A program made the position numbers and the translations under genes. Below the pieces are notes generated by a model. The model had not been told where the DNA came from, did not search any database, and saw only the letters and a program-made list of their open reading frames with translations. A DNA stretch of 32,000 nt from Nanobdellota archaeon (GTDB lineage Archaea > Nanobdellota > Nanobdellia > Parvarchaeales > Parvarchaeaceae): the NCBI GenBank assembly GCA_021797085.1, contig JAKAAG010000009.1, positions 1-32,000 of the forward strand, written 5' to 3'. Every line of letters begins with the position of its first letter. The first letter of the stretch is position 1. Shown in pieces: positions 31,696-32,000 of the stretch.

Positions 31696-32000
31696 TTTTA
31701 ACGTCCCCCCTTATACTGTTTAGAGTATCTTTCATATTTATAACTGCTTCTTCAACTTTAGATTTCCAATCTTTATCGGATTTTTCGTAAGGGTACAATA
31801 TGTTTCTGGATGAATTTATTATAAAACCGGCTTTGTCTTTGTTCAAGAATTCCTGTATTCCGTCGAGCTTTCCTCCCTGCGCCCCGTACCCTGCAAACAA
31901 AACGAACATGTCCTGAGGTATTAGCTTCCTTAGTTCCGAAAATTCCAGCTTCTGTGTAAGTGGCAATACCGGCATTATGTTATTGTATTTATTCCTTTTA
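31685..32000 (-). CDS. pyrF: orotidine-5'-phosphate decarboxylase (type 2)-like, C-terminal part; gene probably continues past the right edge
   Basis: FAGYGAQGGK...FIINSSRNILY resembles the PG(I/V)GAQGG...SR(G/A)I(L/I) C-terminal blocks of PyrF. The reading frame stays open upstream of the track's Met to position 32000. Confidence 0.5.
   Translation of the reverse strand, partial: KRNKYNNIMPVLPLTQKLEFSELRKLIPQDMFVLFAGYGAQGGKLDGIQEFLNKDKAGFIINSSRNILYPYEKSDKDWKSKVEEAVINMKDTLNSIRGDVKNEK

Noticed and set aside
1-32000. Search by eye for CRISPR arrays, tRNA/rRNA genes, IS elements, integrases and prophage genes
   Set aside because: I found no regularly spaced 25-40-nt repeats, no GC-rich cloverleaf-sized islands with a GGTTCRAATCC-type T-arm, and no transposase, integrase or capsid-like translations. 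Absence is by inspection only and should be confirmed with tRNAscan-SE, Infernal and an IS/CRISPR finder.

Overview
This is a visibly AT-rich, very gene-dense segment with about 40 protein-coding genes on both strands and short or overlapping junctions. It reads as archaeal, probably a Thermoplasmatales-like euryarchaeon. That assignment is an inference from three observations. Most ATGs have a TATA-like box 24-32 nt upstream and no Shine-Dalgarno, which indicates leaderless mRNAs. There are sequon-dense membrane or surface proteins and a classical C2H2 finger protein. An AhbD/NirJ-like radical SAM gene lies near a cytochrome b gene.

The content is mostly stress, accessory metabolism and transport. 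It includes a partial UvrD-like helicase, Hsp20, an isochorismatase-family protein, an aldo-keto reductase, an HxlR regulator, a cytochrome b fusion, and MFS and ABC-2 transporters. It also includes two Nudix proteins, an FMN reductase, an SDR, four GNATs, an M20 peptidase, a GTP cyclohydrolase II-like protein, an amidohydrolase, an APH-type kinase, a CYTH protein, a guanylate-kinase-like fusion and a partial PyrF. I recognised no rRNA, tRNA, CRISPR array, transposase or integrase.

The best candidates for something undescribed are:
(i) 28.0-31.7 kb. Two tandem paralogous orphan genes have nearly nucleotide-identical first 53 nt behind a promoter bracketed by direct repeats. They are followed by a degenerate GXGXG-type beta-helix protein built on a 108-bp periodic repeat, a CYTH enzyme, and a convergent guanylate-kinase-like protein fused to a double-CxxC domain.
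(ii) 20.4-24.4 kb. The longest intergenic region of the window carries an SD-led 32-codon sORF that overlaps the start of a zinc-ribbon GNAT. An M20 peptidase and an ABC-2 exporter follow.
(iii) A Nudix-KsgA/Erm-like methyltransferase fusion.
(iv) A winged-helix regulator split by a frameshift.

All functional calls come from motif recognition by eye. No database or HMM search was possible, and start codons are provisional.
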